The notes under the pieces were generated by a model. The model saw nothing but the letters and a program-made list of their open reading frames with translations, was not told the origin of the DNA and ran no database searches. A DNA stretch of 63,737 nucleotides, the filler included, from Choristocarpus tenellus KU-1152 (Eukaryota > Protista > Phaeophyceae): NCBI GenBank assembly GCA_964200185.2. It is 12 parts of 12 records of this genome, joined end to end, with 100 filler letters (N's around TTAATTAATTAA, not from the genome) between each part and the next. Parts side by side here need not be neighbours in the genome. Positions count along the whole stretch, not along the records: positions 46,025 to 53,819 come from CAXNAD020005570.1; positions 53,920 to 57,571 come from CAXNAD020018721.1; positions 57,672 to 61,100 come from CAXNAD020020090.1; positions 61,201 to 63,737 come from CAXNAD020026961.1; 8 more parts are not named here. One strand, 5' to 3'. Of the stretch, positions 48,664-62,142 are shown piece by piece (the stretch's first letter is position 1; each line of letters starts with the position of its first letter). The translations under genes were made by a program, and so were the position numbers.

Positions 48664-51600
48664 ATGAAGTCGAAAGAAAGAGACCAAACATGGCGATCCC
48701 TTGGGTCGGAAAGAAAAGAGAGCGAGCTGCAATCTACTCAGCAAGACGCAAGAAAAATTCCGCAAGCTATGAACTTCGACACCACGGAAAGCACCTTCGG
48801 TTGTCAAGCTTTATGGGCCACCAGGACAGAAGGTTGCACGACTGCTGAAAGTTCGTGCTCGCCATCCAACAGCACCTACCATTGTATACTACCCTCATAC
48901 CACCCCTATATCGTGTATTCTTGGCAAGAAAAAGATTGTTCCTTAGATGTCACATCGAAATATCTACCCTGCAATATCCACCATTGCTCAGAACATGAGC
49001 AAAGATGACCTATGGATGGTATGCTAATGCCTATTGTAAAATGCATTCTTTTGTCTTTGTTCTCTAGCTTTTCTGTCCACGAAGGTCCTAGATGTTGTAT
49101 GTTGCTTCTTTCACCGCGACGACATCTATCAAATGTTCAAGGATCAGTTTTTACCATACGTTGAATAAATTTGGTTGATCAACCAGTCAATCTGCCAACC
49201 TTGATATCCACTACCACCATTACTCTATTCATACATTCTTCCACTGAGCACTGGATAATTTCAACCATATGATATCCACTTCGCATATCCTCAGTTCCCC
49301 AGGCAGCACGTTCAGTGGAGGGATTGGCTTCAAGCACCACTGGTGTTCCCCTCACTCCCACTGTTGAAAATATCAGAGCGGAGGAGGGGATGAAAGCAAT
49401 CCAGCAGGACTCCTTAGTGCCTTCATCAATCTTATTTTCAAGATTGTTCGACCACGAAGCGGCAGCAACCCCAATCTCTGACAATGATATCAATACGGAC
49501 ATAGAGGGCCAAGGCAAAAACTCGTACAAGCTGCAAAAGATTGGCAGCTTTGAGACAAGATGGGAAACTAAGAATAGCAATACCACTCACAACAACGTTT
49601 GGCCAGCACGGCGCTGGAAGAACATTCAGGGTTACAACCCTGTTGTCTCTGGTCCTCTTAACCTATCTCTGGTCGAAGCAAACCCGGCAGTCGGCTCCAT
49701 TACGCCACCCACTATGAAGACCGGCAAGGACCAAGAGTGTAGCAATACTGCGGGCATCTCGTCAGCAGGAGATTTTTTATCTCGAGTTTGCGAACCGCCA
49801 GAGGGTCAATGTAGAAATGTCCCGGGTTGCACAGCCCTAAGCTCAAATCAGCAATCACAAGGAGACGGCTTTGATATAGTGCAAAATGACACATGGGCAG
49901 ATATGCAGGTGGGTCTACTTATTATAAGGCTGCACAAAACACTACTGCAAACTCCATCAGGGCCAAGCCTATCTCTAGGATAGGGGTAGTGAAATGAACT
50001 GAGCAATATGTCGGTGATTGAGGGACACCTTTCCACACCAATATATCAAAGCATCTCTTAGCCAAGCAAAGTGTGACCACCTCATTGCAGAAATGGAGAA
50101 GGGAGGGGGTTGTTATGCTACTCCCTCCTCAGTTGGGCAACCTCTCCCTCCGTTCTTGTTTGCTATTGGAGCAAACCACTGACCAAAACTTGCTTCCCTC
50201 ATATTTAGGCATGGATACAAAGACCTGGCAACGATTTCGATCATTTCTCAACTGACAAGGAGAGAGATGGTTACCAAGACCTTCAGCTACACACTCTGAA
50301 ATCTAGCTTGGAGCATTGCAGTCAACTCTCTGTCTCCTCATCTCCCCCTCATCTCGCTGGTTCACCATGGGATGATCACATATCCACACCCTCCACTCTG
50401 CACCCCTCAACCCTCAGCGACTTGGATTTGCTAGGGCATCCATTGTCCTCCACTGTACTCTTTGACCCTAGAACACAGACACCTAACCTGGAAACCTTCT
50501 CCAAGCTCCACATAGGCCACAATAATGAAGAGGTGAATGCGATAGAAGGAATTAGCACAGAAGATACAGCCTTTTCCATGGTGGAGGGGGAAGTCAGGAT
50601 GGAGGTCAAAGGCAAGGGTAAGAAAATGACCTCCTGTTTTGTCAGCGATAAAGGCCGATGCCAAGATCACTAATACATCACTAAAGTTGGCAGTGGGCGT
50701 ATATCCTATTTCCTTGACAGTTGCGACTTGGAGGCCAATCTGTTGAAATGAATGCACAGGTTGGAACGATTCCCCCTTAATCCTTACCCTTGGCATTTGC
50801 CTGAAAATTGAGTGGTGTGATGGTTCGAGCATGATAAGGTCAGCTCTTTGTGATAGCATGGCTTTCCTCCAAAGAAAATACCACAACACTGTTTTCTGCA
50901 ACCTTTCTTAAGTGGAATGCAGGGGCTAACTGATGTTCCATTTTTGTAGTTTTCCTGTCTAGTGTGTGATTACTCTTTCCTGGCATCCCACAAGTTGAGA
51001 TCAACATCTCCTGCTTATGTCTCAGCAGAGGTGGAGGAGGATGCCACATACGATGAGCAGATTAGCAGCTCCTCATGTTCTGCTGTACACAACTTCCTTA
51101 GCTCGACAGAAGAATACTGGGTTTCTGGAGAAGAGCATACTGCAGGAACTGAGGCAGCGTGTAGGACTTCAGTTGAGGCAAAGTCTGAAACTGGTGAAAC
51201 GGTTGGAGCAAGGGTTGGTGAAGGCGGGTTCAAAGAGGGAGATGGGGCTACTTGGGAGGGGAAACCTGCAAGTTGGGAGAGTGGCAGCAAAAAAATTGAA
51301 GAGGAGATGCAGGATCTGACAGAAGATGAACAATCATTCCTGAACCTCAACAAGAACCTTTGGGAAAGCCTGCTCAGTGTTGCTGACCTGCATTTTGGTA
51401 AGCTGGGGATCGAGTGACATGAAACACCATAGCATTTTGTGCTTTTGAGTACCCTATTCTGCACAAGTATTCCCGATAAATGTTGTTCTAAGTTGGGACA
51501 TGTCGTTGGTGTCCTCCTTGGCCTCCTATCTAAGAGTAGATTTGCAGGCTCTGTTAGAGAACCTATGTGGTGTGAGGCACAGCTCAACACACAAAGAAAA

Positions 51601-53754
51601 TCACATATATGAACTTCAGTCAGTCTGCGTTGAGGCAAGGGTCGCTTTCGTTGCCACCGGATTGAAGATAATGATTCCTCTTGACATTTTGTGCGCCAAG
51701 GGCAAGAATTGAAGTGCAGGCCTCCAAGAATATTCCAGGATTGGGTAGTTGAGGGTTGCAGCACCAATAGATTACAGTTCAAAATATATAAAGGAGAGAC
51801 TCCTCAAACACTGGAAGTGGAATTTTTCTGGCCAATGTTGACAACAAATCCTTATCAAACAAGAAGTGGGCAAATGCAAAAGTTGGGTCAGAACTTTGAA
51901 CATACAATGTTCATGACCTTCTTACCCTGTGCCACCTTGCATAGGAAACCAACAAAGATGTCATGAAACCTCCAATAACAACCTACCTTGACAGCCATAA
52001 GGGCGTCTTCTGCTCATCGAAATTTTCCCTTGCCACAATAAAAGACAACCTTTCGGTCAACTAGGCCTGAACTCCAACCACTATAAAAAGCAGCACGGGT
52101 TCCTCTTGAAAATTCCCTTGAACTTGTTAGGCAAGAGAGAGGAGCTGCTCTCCCCAATATCACTCTCCCACGATTTATGTCAGCGTATCACAGCTCAGAC
52201 CAATCCAAATAGTTGTCATACGTGTGAGTGTTAACACTCTACCCTTCGTGTACCCACCCGCTATAATAATGCATATGCACTTCCACAGGAACGTGTCAGT
52301 CTTACAACGGCCAATCGATACACTGGCTGGCTTGCCTATCCTCTCACCCCATCTTTTGAAATTATCACACCCCATGGACGCTCAATTTTGAAGTCCTGTT
52401 GAGTCAAAGTAAGCAAAAGATACCCAGAGTTGCATTTTAGGGATATCGACAACCACGCGCAAAATACGACTTTTACAAATGAGTGTAGGACATTTTCCGA
52501 ATTACATTGAAATGTTTCAAACAACAGTGAAGCGAACCCTCTCAAGTCAAACTTAGCACTTAGGTCAGAGAAATGTGGGTGAATTGCAAAAGACTGAAAA
52601 TCTAACTCAAAGTGCGAAATGACCAACAACTGGGTACCTCTCGTTTAATTTGACTTGATATTTCTTTTTTTTACAAGTGTGAAAGTCACAAAGAAAAAAA
52701 TAGAAAAAACCCTTTTTTTCACCTAAATTCAACTCTCGGGTGGATTCCATTTACCAACCAAACAACAATATCCTTTTCCAGAGGAACTCCCCCTCAAGCG
52801 CCAAGCAAGGCTCATGAGGGACATTAAGTTGGTTGAGTTCATGTCAGGAGAAACAATTGTGCAGAAGGGAGAGCTTGCAGATGCCCTTTACTTTTTACTG
52901 GAGCCCTCTGATGCGACGGTGGTGGTACTCCAGAAAGACTCTGATGGAAGAGAGCGTCAACTCAACTGTGTACCTGCTGGCATGTACTTTGGGGAGAGGG
53001 GCTTGGTGTACAGGTAGCATGATGCTTCGAACAATATTTTCTTTTTCTCTTTGTTTTTGGTGTCAGAGAGTGGAGGGGGGAGGGGGGACGTGTTGAAAAG
53101 CATCAGCAGGGTTTGACATTGAATGTGGGTGGTAGTAGCAAGACTGGAAGAACATGCGTAGATGATAACATAGCAAAGATGGAGAATACACTTTAGTGAA
53201 GGCTTGATTGGTCGCTGTTGATGTGAAGTAGGGCCTCTCAGGACTAAAAATTATGTCAATCATATCCGTTTGACTACGTTTCGTGTGAAAATTCCTCGGG
53301 AAAACGGTACGGGGCTTGAATAAATACGTTAGTGTTAGGGAGCTGTAGTAGACAGTGAGGATTTGTAGCTAAACCCTAAACCTGAAATGTAGCAAACTTT
53401 CTCTGTCTACAGGCATGCTCCATGCTATCTCCACCCCTCTTTGGCAGTTGAATTTTCTTTAAATGTACAAGACAATAATATACAGCATTTGCCTTCTGGC
53501 AATAAGCTGTACGAGCACGCCTACTTGGGAGGGTAAAGCAAAAGGCATAACCCTCAAAATCCCTGACCTTACCCCGCTTGATAACACGCAATATACCTGT
53601 GCTGCACAAATCCCTTTTGTCTGTGCTGTATTCAAGTGCAAATAAAAGGCGAACTGCCAGTGTCCGTGCGCTATCAAACCTAACGTGTGCTGTGGTAAAC
53701 GCTGCTGCGTTCAATGACTGGTGGGAATTTCGCCTTTATCTTCTAATGAAGAAG
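48664..53754 (+). CDS. Cyclic-nucleotide-binding domain protein with a long low-complexity N-terminus. Exons 48664-48850, 49068-49096, 49303-49908, 50260-50617, 50963-51397, 52782-53013, 53637-53754 (3' end missing)
   Basis: Seven phase-consistent exons. CNB fold FMSGETIVQKGELADALYFLL...GMYFGERGLVYSANKRRTASVRA. The first two exons are less certain. Confidence 0.8.
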
Positions 53755-53782
53755 GTTGGTAACTTGCCGGTCTGCTCGGGGT

Positions 53783-53815
<33 letters not shown>

Positions 53816-53919
53816 CGTTNNNNNNNNNNNNNNNNNNNNNNNNNNNNNNNNNNNNNNNNNNNNTTAATTAATTAANNNNNNNNNNNNNNNNNNNNNNNNN
53901 NNNNNNNNNNNNNNNNNNN

Positions 53920-54111
53920 GGGGGGGGGGGGGGGGGGGGGGGGTGGGCGGGGTCTACCGGGTCTACACCAGGGTGTCCATTTGGACAAAACTGAGGAAAA
54001 GGTCATCTACATTATCCATCTGATGTATGCAACCAAATCAAACAAAAATCGCGACAGGAAAAAATTGACCCCAAATGGACAGCCGCCACCCCCCCTCAGA
54101 TACTTTGAGTC
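53920..54111 (+). mobile_element. MITE family B, left end lost at the poly-G contig start
   Basis: gtctacaccagggtgtccatttgg...ccccaaatggacagccgcc...cagatactttgagtc. Confidence 0.88.
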
Positions 54112-57100
54112 ACAAGGCCTTCCCTCAGTCTCCATGTAGTGTCGCCTTGTCCTGCTCTAGCAAGTCACCAGGGGTACCATTGTCCACATTGGTGAAGGCA
54201 GGAGCCCGTAGATGTGGAGCTTCGATAGTGGCCCCGTCCTTACCTCCTTTGGTTGAAGTTGTGAGGTCCTCTGTTTCTCTCCTTTTTAATGGGTTTTTGC
54301 CTTGGGTATAGTGTTGATCCCTGCAAGTGGGTTCTCGGTTGGAACAGGTTCGTCAGCCATGTTGATGAAGGATTGGTGCGGGTGAACCCCCAAGAGCAAC
54401 CAAGGGTGTGAGTACCATTGCGATCTGTCCATGGTGCCGTAGCTTGAGGCAAGAAAGGAAAGAGGGAGTGGGGTACACCAAGCCTGGGTGCATCTCCCTC
54501 CACTCCACTCAACTGGGTTCGATTGAGCTAGCACAGAGCAGAAACCTCAGAACACAACACGTGTCCCAGATTGTCTGGACAATGACAACAGCAGCTGCAC
54601 ATGATCGGTCAAAATTGGGATGGCTCTTCAATCTGGCTGTCTTCTTTCTGTTAGTCCATATCTGGATCTTGTGTGTGTGTGTGTATCTGGGCCGTTGACT
54701 GATTGCTTGAGCAGTTTTAATGACAAATGGTGGTGCGCAATATCCATATCATCGTGTGGGAGATCCTGAATGGGATCTGTCACTGACAATATATTTTGTT
54801 CAAGAATGATAAGGCGACATGACAATTTCATCTTATCGTTTGCTAACGAAGGTGATTTTTTTTCGTGCTGATGAGGGTGAAAGTTGAAGGTCAAGCAACA
54901 AGACTCGCACGCATGCAAATTGGAAGCACAAGTTGTGTCACCAGGAGGCGTTTGCCCACGTTCCCAAAGACAAATTGAAGACATTTTTGGGAATGTGATA
55001 GTGTATTCCTTGCAAGGACGGACATACTCTCTATGGATATTTTGAAGTATTTTATTAATCAATTCTGGAGTAATGTTTTTCTTACCAACGTGAATTCATG
55101 AGGTGTTTCCTCAACACTTGCCACTCACCTCACCAAGATCGATGATCTTCAAACTGTCCATAACAACTTGGTAATTTCAGTCAAAGCAAGTCACAGTATC
55201 AATTTCAAGTTCTGACTAATAAATTGAGGGTAGAAATCCTTGGTTGAATTCTGAAACGGACACTACTAAGGTGGAGGTGCTGTACATGTTTCTTCAAGCT
55301 AGAAGTTGAAACCTTCATATATTACTCCTTATGAGGAAGACATTTGAATCCTGTGTGCTTTTTTTGCCCGGAAATCGAATTTCAAGGGATTCTTGTGGTT
55401 AGTAGAGTTGGAGGTGTTAGTATCATAGCTGTACGTGGTAATACTTACACAATATTCGTTTTATTTGTTGCTAATGGTAAGAGTAAATGAACGTTCATGT
55501 CAACAACTTCTTGGGTAGTCATACGGTACCACGTCAACTCTGTTTACACCATTGTTTGCGCGAGCCTTTCTCAGTTTTCCCCTCTGGTTTCATCACATCA
55601 TCCTCTCAACGAATCTATAGTTATAGGGCAAACAGGATTCCCTCCAGCATGCTTGGAGGTTTATACATTGAAAAATACATCAACGTTTCTGTCTTCAATC
55701 ATGCATCTCAAACTTGTTCCTATGGTGATTCTGGGCCTGATGAGATCGCACATTGCTTGTATTGTATTGTGTGTATCTTGACATAGTTCTTAACCCTGAG
55801 TGTTGATGGTGCAGACATGTGGGCAGGATCACCAAGGTCATATCCACACCCGCTTTCCCTGTTCTAATTTGAGCAGGTGTCCATCACCCCGTTTCCAGGG
55901 ACAGGCTGGTTTGTAACTGCAGCAACAAGGTTTGTTATTGGTACGTACATAGAGAACCTCAGCAGGCACCTGCAGTCTAGCTCTTCTGACCTCAAGGCGC
56001 TGCAGGCAGCAGAATCCACAGCAAGTGTTAAAAGTACCAATATTTAGTATTAGATGAACTATCAATATTTGCATTTGGGTTGATACACCACTGGAGTTTG
56101 AGTTAGGGAAGTGCAGGAGGCAAGCTTAGTGAATCCGTGTCCAGTTCCTAGAAGTCATTCTACATAGACAGCCTTGCAGCAGAAGATGCATGGAACGGGA
56201 AATTACAATATGTTGGTGTGCACAGTGTCAAGTGTGGGGGATAAAGGGCTCTGTTCTTCTGTCAGTAGGTCTACGGTGCTGCCTCTCTTATGACCAAAGT
56301 ATTTTCAATTGATGTGCATCGTTAGGATATTACGATGGATGTCATTGCCACTGGTTGAGAGGTTGAGAGTGAACCTATCTAAAGAAAGAGGAAGTGGGTT
56401 TTGATGCTCTGAATATTTTTGGCCTTTTGAACCTTTGGGCAATATGCATGCACTATGCCCATGCCTGAAATGCGGTCCACCCCTTTTAGAAGGGTATAAC
56501 TGTAGGAGAGAAGATTAGGTGTGATCATGTTGTTAGCCCAAATTACCCTCCATAGTGCTCAAAACTCATGTACCGCTAGGTTTTTGGAACTCAATGACAC
56601 CCCCTTCTGAGATAGCTTCAATCCGAGGTACACATGTTGAAGGAAAGATCCATAGAACTTGTTGTACAAGACGAAAAATGTTTGTAATGGTATATTGCAT
56701 GTGTTTGTCCCTATTTGCATAGGCATGCAGTAGACTTGGGAGGTGAGGGTTTCGAATTACTATCACTCTGCTTATTTGTTGTGTGGATCAATAGATGGGA
56801 GTAACCGACAACCTTTTCAACACAGACTGAACTATTGAAGACCAGAGGAGATTTTCTAAAAGTGAGATGAGATATGGAATAATGTCAACTTTTTTTTTCT
56901 TGTGAAGTTTCTCTGGGAAGGAGCCCGGTTGAAGTAAGCTTAATATGGCATGGTCTAGATAGAATACAGGTGTGGTGCACAAACACCCAACCTATTGAGT
57001 CAAACCAGGTCCATCAAATCCGAAAAAGCACCACTTGTCACATATCGCACAAAGAATCAAAGGGGAGGGAGAAAAGAGGGTCACAAGAATGATCACCCAA

Positions 57101-57179
57101 GAAGAGAAATGCAATGAGGAGGTACCGTTCAGCAAACAGTAGTGATAATAGTTGCTTTTGCTCTCTTAACTGCTGCCCT

Positions 57180-57571
57180 AGCATGGCGTACAGCAGTCAT
57201 CAATGCATTCCTTAGAATGCCACTCTGCCATGCACCTCGTTTTGCTGCCAACCACACACTTGCACCACCTGTTTTAATTGGTTGCCCTTGCATTCCATTC
57301 CTTTACGGTGACCTCAAACTTTTAAAGATTATCTTGCAAGGCACACCCATTAGTTCTTCTCCTGTCCACCATGCTTCCGTTTTCCAAATGCGAGCTTCCC
57401 AAACATTGACACCATTGGGTGGTTGCTCATCCCTCATGTATGTGTGCAACCGACCCCGTGAACAGGAATCTCTTTTTTGTCCACAGCCGCCTTGATACCA
57501 TCACACCCAGTCCTCACAAAAATATCTTTGTACAACATGCCTTTCACCAGAGCATGAAGTCACATGGTTGT
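57180..57571 (-). mobile_element. RTE-like LINE 3' coding remnant
   Basis: Minus-strand KKRFLFTGSVAH...MFGKLAFGKRKHGGQEKN*WVCL resembles the LINE C-terminal RRLxxxG...MFGEL..GKR..GGQ.K.W motif. Confidence 0.7.
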
Positions 57572-57871
57572 NNNNNNNNNNNNNNNNNNNNNNNNNNNNN
57601 NNNNNNNNNNNNNNNTTAATTAATTAANNNNNNNNNNNNNNNNNNNNNNNNNNNNNNNNNNNNNNNNNNNNGCCTTGTGTGTCATGTGACCAGCAGCGGC
57701 CAGACAACCGCTCACCTATTCCACGGATGCCTCCCATCTTCCCTCTCTTGGAGGGAAGAGTTTCAGGGAGTGTTGTCTACTATATCACTGGTGAACATGT
57801 TTGCATGGAGTTGATTGATTGTCTTCCTTGTGGGAAGGTAGGATTCTGTCAAGGTTGGAGTCGTGTTGTAA

Positions 57872-58012
57872 GTATACATAGTATGTTGGTATACTTCAGA
57901 GAGTATACATATTATGTTGGTATACTTCAGAGAGTATGCACATTATGTTGGTATACTTAAGAGAGTATACATAGTATGTTGATATACTTCAGAGAGTATT
58001 CATAGTGTGTTG
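57872..58012 (+). repeat. 31-bp minisatellite (GTATACATAGTATGTTGGTATACTTCAGAGA) x ~4.5
   Basis: Direct tandem repeats. Confidence 0.9.
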
Positions 58013-58589
58013 GTTTACATGGTGATAGGGTAGGTGTATCTTATGTGTTGGTTGCAGTCCCTTGAGGTTTGGTGGTGCATGTCTTGAAGCAAGGTTGACA
58101 GGTTTCTTTTTTTTGCAACTGCGGCTCAATCTGTCGTTAGGGTTTGGGGCTTTGCTTTTGGAAAGATTTATTACAGTGCCTGAAATTGGAGGTTCCATGA
58201 TGAAGGGACATAAAAAGAGGGGTAGGACTATTATATTGTGTTGAGTCATCTCCTTGGTTTTTTGTTTGAAATGCTTTCTATTCATTGAACGGTTGATTCC
58301 TCAAGCATTAAACATTCAACCTGTGATCAGTGATCAGTGATCAGTGAACCACTCCGAAAGAAGAGATTGGAAACACGTTAATGAATTGACTCAAACCATC
58401 AAATGAAAAAGAGACAACACACCATCGAAATGATGCAACACCTCAGATTTGGATTATCCCTTATCCATCCTTCCTCTCCTCTCACCCCACTTTCCCCCTT
58501 ACTCCTACACCGCTGTTTTTATTTGAAACATGCTCTGTGTGCACTTGCTGGGGTTGGTTGGTCGGGATTATTTTGGGCTCTCATTATAG

Positions 58590-60628
58590 ATGGGCAGGTG
58601 AGGGCGGTTCCGTCTCTGTTCCGATGGAGTCACGATGGAAAGTACTTGGCTAGGAAAGGCAAGGATCTTATTTCTATTTACGAGCTTCCGTCAATGCGCC
58701 TGCTGGATAAGAAGTCGCTCAAGGTGAATCTTAGATTCCTTTTTGGTCTTTCACTCTTCGCTGCCGTCATTTTTTCTCTTGTATTTTTTTGTATGCAGGA
58801 CTTGTAGTTGACTCTAGTGGATGTTTCAGTATGTGATTTTTGAAGTGGGAATTTGGTGAATGGTTTGTGAAATGCCCCGACTTGCAAATGTGCATGAGAA
58901 GGCTTTTGTATCTTGTATATTTTTTTATACTTTTTTATCACTGGGCATTGAGGAGGTGTAGCCTTGATTTTTGGAAAGGAGTTCAACATTATGTTTTTGT
59001 TTGCTAATAGGAATCTGTAACATATACTGGATACAGTTTGTAAATTAAAAAATGAAATGTTAGGTAAGAGTACTTGATCTTTATTGATGATAGGTCAATG
59101 GTATGTAAGGGGCAGGTCTTGCTTCCATGGATGTGATGTGAAGTTGGTGTAGATTGGCACTGGGTGGGATATCTTGTACATCTTTTATACTTGTAACACA
59201 CTAGCACTGTTCTTTAAATTTTGTCCAGTTCTGTGAACGTCCTCAAGTTAGAGGTCAATCTCTTATCTGCAAGGAGAGAAGCATGTGGCCCTTCAATTTT
59301 TTTCCAATTTTATGATGGGTGTGTACTATGCGGAAGTGACTGACTGTATTAGGGTTAGGGTAAACTATCCAACAGTGCTGTTCTCATCTCCTACCTTGAA
59401 ACGTTTTGAGCCTCAATCTCCCTGCTGTTCGTCCATTCCCTTCATTCAGCCTTTGCCAAGTATTCAGAGTCTGCTTTCCCCCTTGACCTTCAAAAAAAAA
59501 TTAAATCTCTTTTCTGTTTTTACTGTTCTTATTTATTTTATTTTTTATATTTCTGTTTTTCTGCTATTCTTGTGTACAGGCAGACGGAGTATCTGACTTT
59601 GAATGGAGTCCCAAGGACAATATCCTGGCCTACTGGGCACCAGAGCAGGCAAACGCTCCAGCAAGGGTATCACTGGTAGAGATACCCTCCAGAAAGGAAC
59701 TGCGTCAAAAGAACTTGGTTATGGTCAGTGAATGCCGCCTGCACTGGCAGGTGAGACAAGTTGCATGCATGTATCAGTTTATGTTTAGATGTGTAGATGA
59801 ATTATCAAGGGTGCCTTCGGTTACTAAACATATATATATGTGTGTGTGTTGTAGGTGATGATTGTTAGAGAGTGCTAGTAATTCTAGTGTGTTGTAGGTG
59901 ATGATTGTTAGAGAGTGCTAGTAACTCTAATGCGTTATAGGTGATGATTATTAGAGAGTACTAGTAATTCTAGTGTGTTGTAGGTGATGATTGTTAGTTG
60001 GTTAAGTGATCCCTCAGTACTGTGGACTGACTGACTAACTGACTCACTGACGTGCTCTTTTGTTTTCGGTGGTGTTAGTAAGTGTTCATGTTGTGGAGTG
60101 ATGGTAACGGCTAATAATCACTGTCACTCTTATGGTCACTCTTAGACGTGGGAGGGGGGGAAGGGTGGTGTTTGGGAGAGAAGATTAGTTGGGGGTAGTA
60201 GATGGAATGTAGATTTGGTGTGAAAGTTGTGTGAGCTTAGCTGTTTTTGCTGTCTTAATGGTTTTATTCTTTTTTGAAATATATATATATATATATTTTT
60301 TTTTCAGTTGATGTATTATATTTTTAAAACCTCTTTGTTTCCGCTTGCACCTTATGTGTGGGTAGGTAGTACTGTTTGTAGCAGTATGGATGATGAAGTA
60401 GTGGATTACTTTTTTTTGAGCATTTCATTGGATGAGCTTATTGTGTGAACAGCGTTGTGAATCTCTGATTGGTTGATTCTGTGTGTTTAATTTTTTTTCT
60501 GAATCTCCCCGATACCGCTGCTGCTGCATCTGTTGTATGCACTCTGTCATGTCTATGTTTACTGTAAGGATGAGGGCGTGTACCTTTGTGTAAAGGTACT
60601 CCGTCATTCCAAGTCAAAGAAGACCATG
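58590..60628 (+). CDS. EIF3B: Translation initiation factor eIF3 subunit B, internal exons 58590-58723, 59580-59750, 60569-60628
   Basis: [35 protein letters not shown]|[46 protein letters not shown]...LHWQ|[10 protein letters not shown], the eIF3b beta-propeller signature. Confidence 0.95.
59845..59997 (+). repeat. 43-bp minisatellite (TGTGTTGTAGGTGATGATTGTTAGAGAGTGCTAGTAATTCTAG) x ~3.5 in an eIF3b intron
   Basis: Direct tandem repeats. Confidence 0.9.
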
Positions 60629-62142
60629 GTGAGTTACTATTGAACATTGAAAAAATATATGTTGGTTTGGTGCTAACCCTAACCCTAACCCCATTGCACT
60701 GTGGTGTGAGATGATGATGACCCTTATTGGTAGGGCTGGGGCTTGTGAGTATGTTGTGTGGTGTTTTTGTTGTCTGATGTATTACATTTTATCTGGGTCC
60801 TTTATACACTTGGGATATATTATGTTTTTGTTATGTTAAAGAGTTTTTCTGCCATGTTTCCAATTCATTTTTATATCTTACAGGTAACCATAGGAATTTT
60901 CTGTTATTGTTAAAAATAATAAATAATACTATGGTACTTACTAAGGTAGTGATGATGAAAAATAATCATTGTTCTAGTGAGTGGTACATCTCTTTTTCCA
61001 GTGACCCTATTTTGCAAAGGAACAACTATTTAACCCCCCCCCCCCCACCACCAATCTTTTCTAGCCCTCTCCAGTTCAACCATGAAATACCTTTGATTTG
61101 NNNNNNNNNNNNNNNNNNNNNNNNNNNNNNNNNNNNNNNNNNNNTTAATTAATTAANNNNNNNNNNNNNNNNNNNNNNNNNNNNNNNNNNNNNNNNNNNN
61201 GGGGCTCGATTGAAGTTCGGAAATGTCAACACCTGTGGAATATAGGAGGTGCCTGTTGTTACGTTTGTGCAAAAAAAAAATAATTAAATGGTGGCTTTTC
61301 TTGTTTTTCACGAAGTATTTTTTTTTATGTTTTTCTTGTGAGATTGTGTTCTAATTTCAACTGTAGATACTGTTTCAGTTACTTTCATTTTTTATTATAT
61401 TTAGCAAGAATCAACCAGGATATTTATTATATTTATACTGCTTTATCTCTTTTTTTTGTTTTTTCGCAGGTTGTGTAGCAGTAGTGGTAAGTGCAATATC
61501 GAATGCGTTGTTTGTGATGTTCTTTGGATTATTCATTATTACAATATATGTGCAAGTATGATATCTTTCTTTTTTGAAATATGCAATAAAATATGTACCA
61601 ATATATATTTTTTTATATTTTATATTTTATATATATATGAATTTCGAGTTATCTTGACTGGGTGTTGTAAAAAACCTGACCCAAAGAATTCGCTGTTTGA
61701 ATTAAAAATAATATTTTCGAAAAAAGTATTAAGTATAGATCTATATATATATTACAATAAATTAAAAAAATCGATTTGATTTTTTTTTTTAAGTAACGAG
61801 GCATCAAAGCTCCCTCCCAAGCATCCCATCCACAGGCCTGCCCAGGAAGGTTCAAACCCATGAAAGTGTAGTAGTGTAGTATGAACTTGTGGGTAGTAGG
61901 GAACACCTTGTGACAGATACGAAAAATGTGTCTTGTTCTATCACCCCTGACATGGTTCAGCAGTCACACTTCTGTTTTCTTGTATTGTGATTTTAACCAT
62001 TTTAACCCCCCCCAGGGATAAACAAAATATTCCGCTTGATTATGATCTCAGTTGTTCCTATTTATTTGGATTGAAGCTGATTGAACTGTCCGGCTTGGTT
62101 CGCTAGTCTTGACTCTTTAAAAAAAAAAAAAAAACTAAGTAA

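Noticed and set aside
51015-51782. 255-aa minus-strand ORF (likewise 15946-16533 and 44790-45368)
   Set aside because: Antisense shadows of real plus-strand exons or microsatellites, with no motifs.
55876-56630. Possible MFS-transporter-like exons (…ATRFVIG|FWNS…)
   Set aside because: Too short and weak to support a call.
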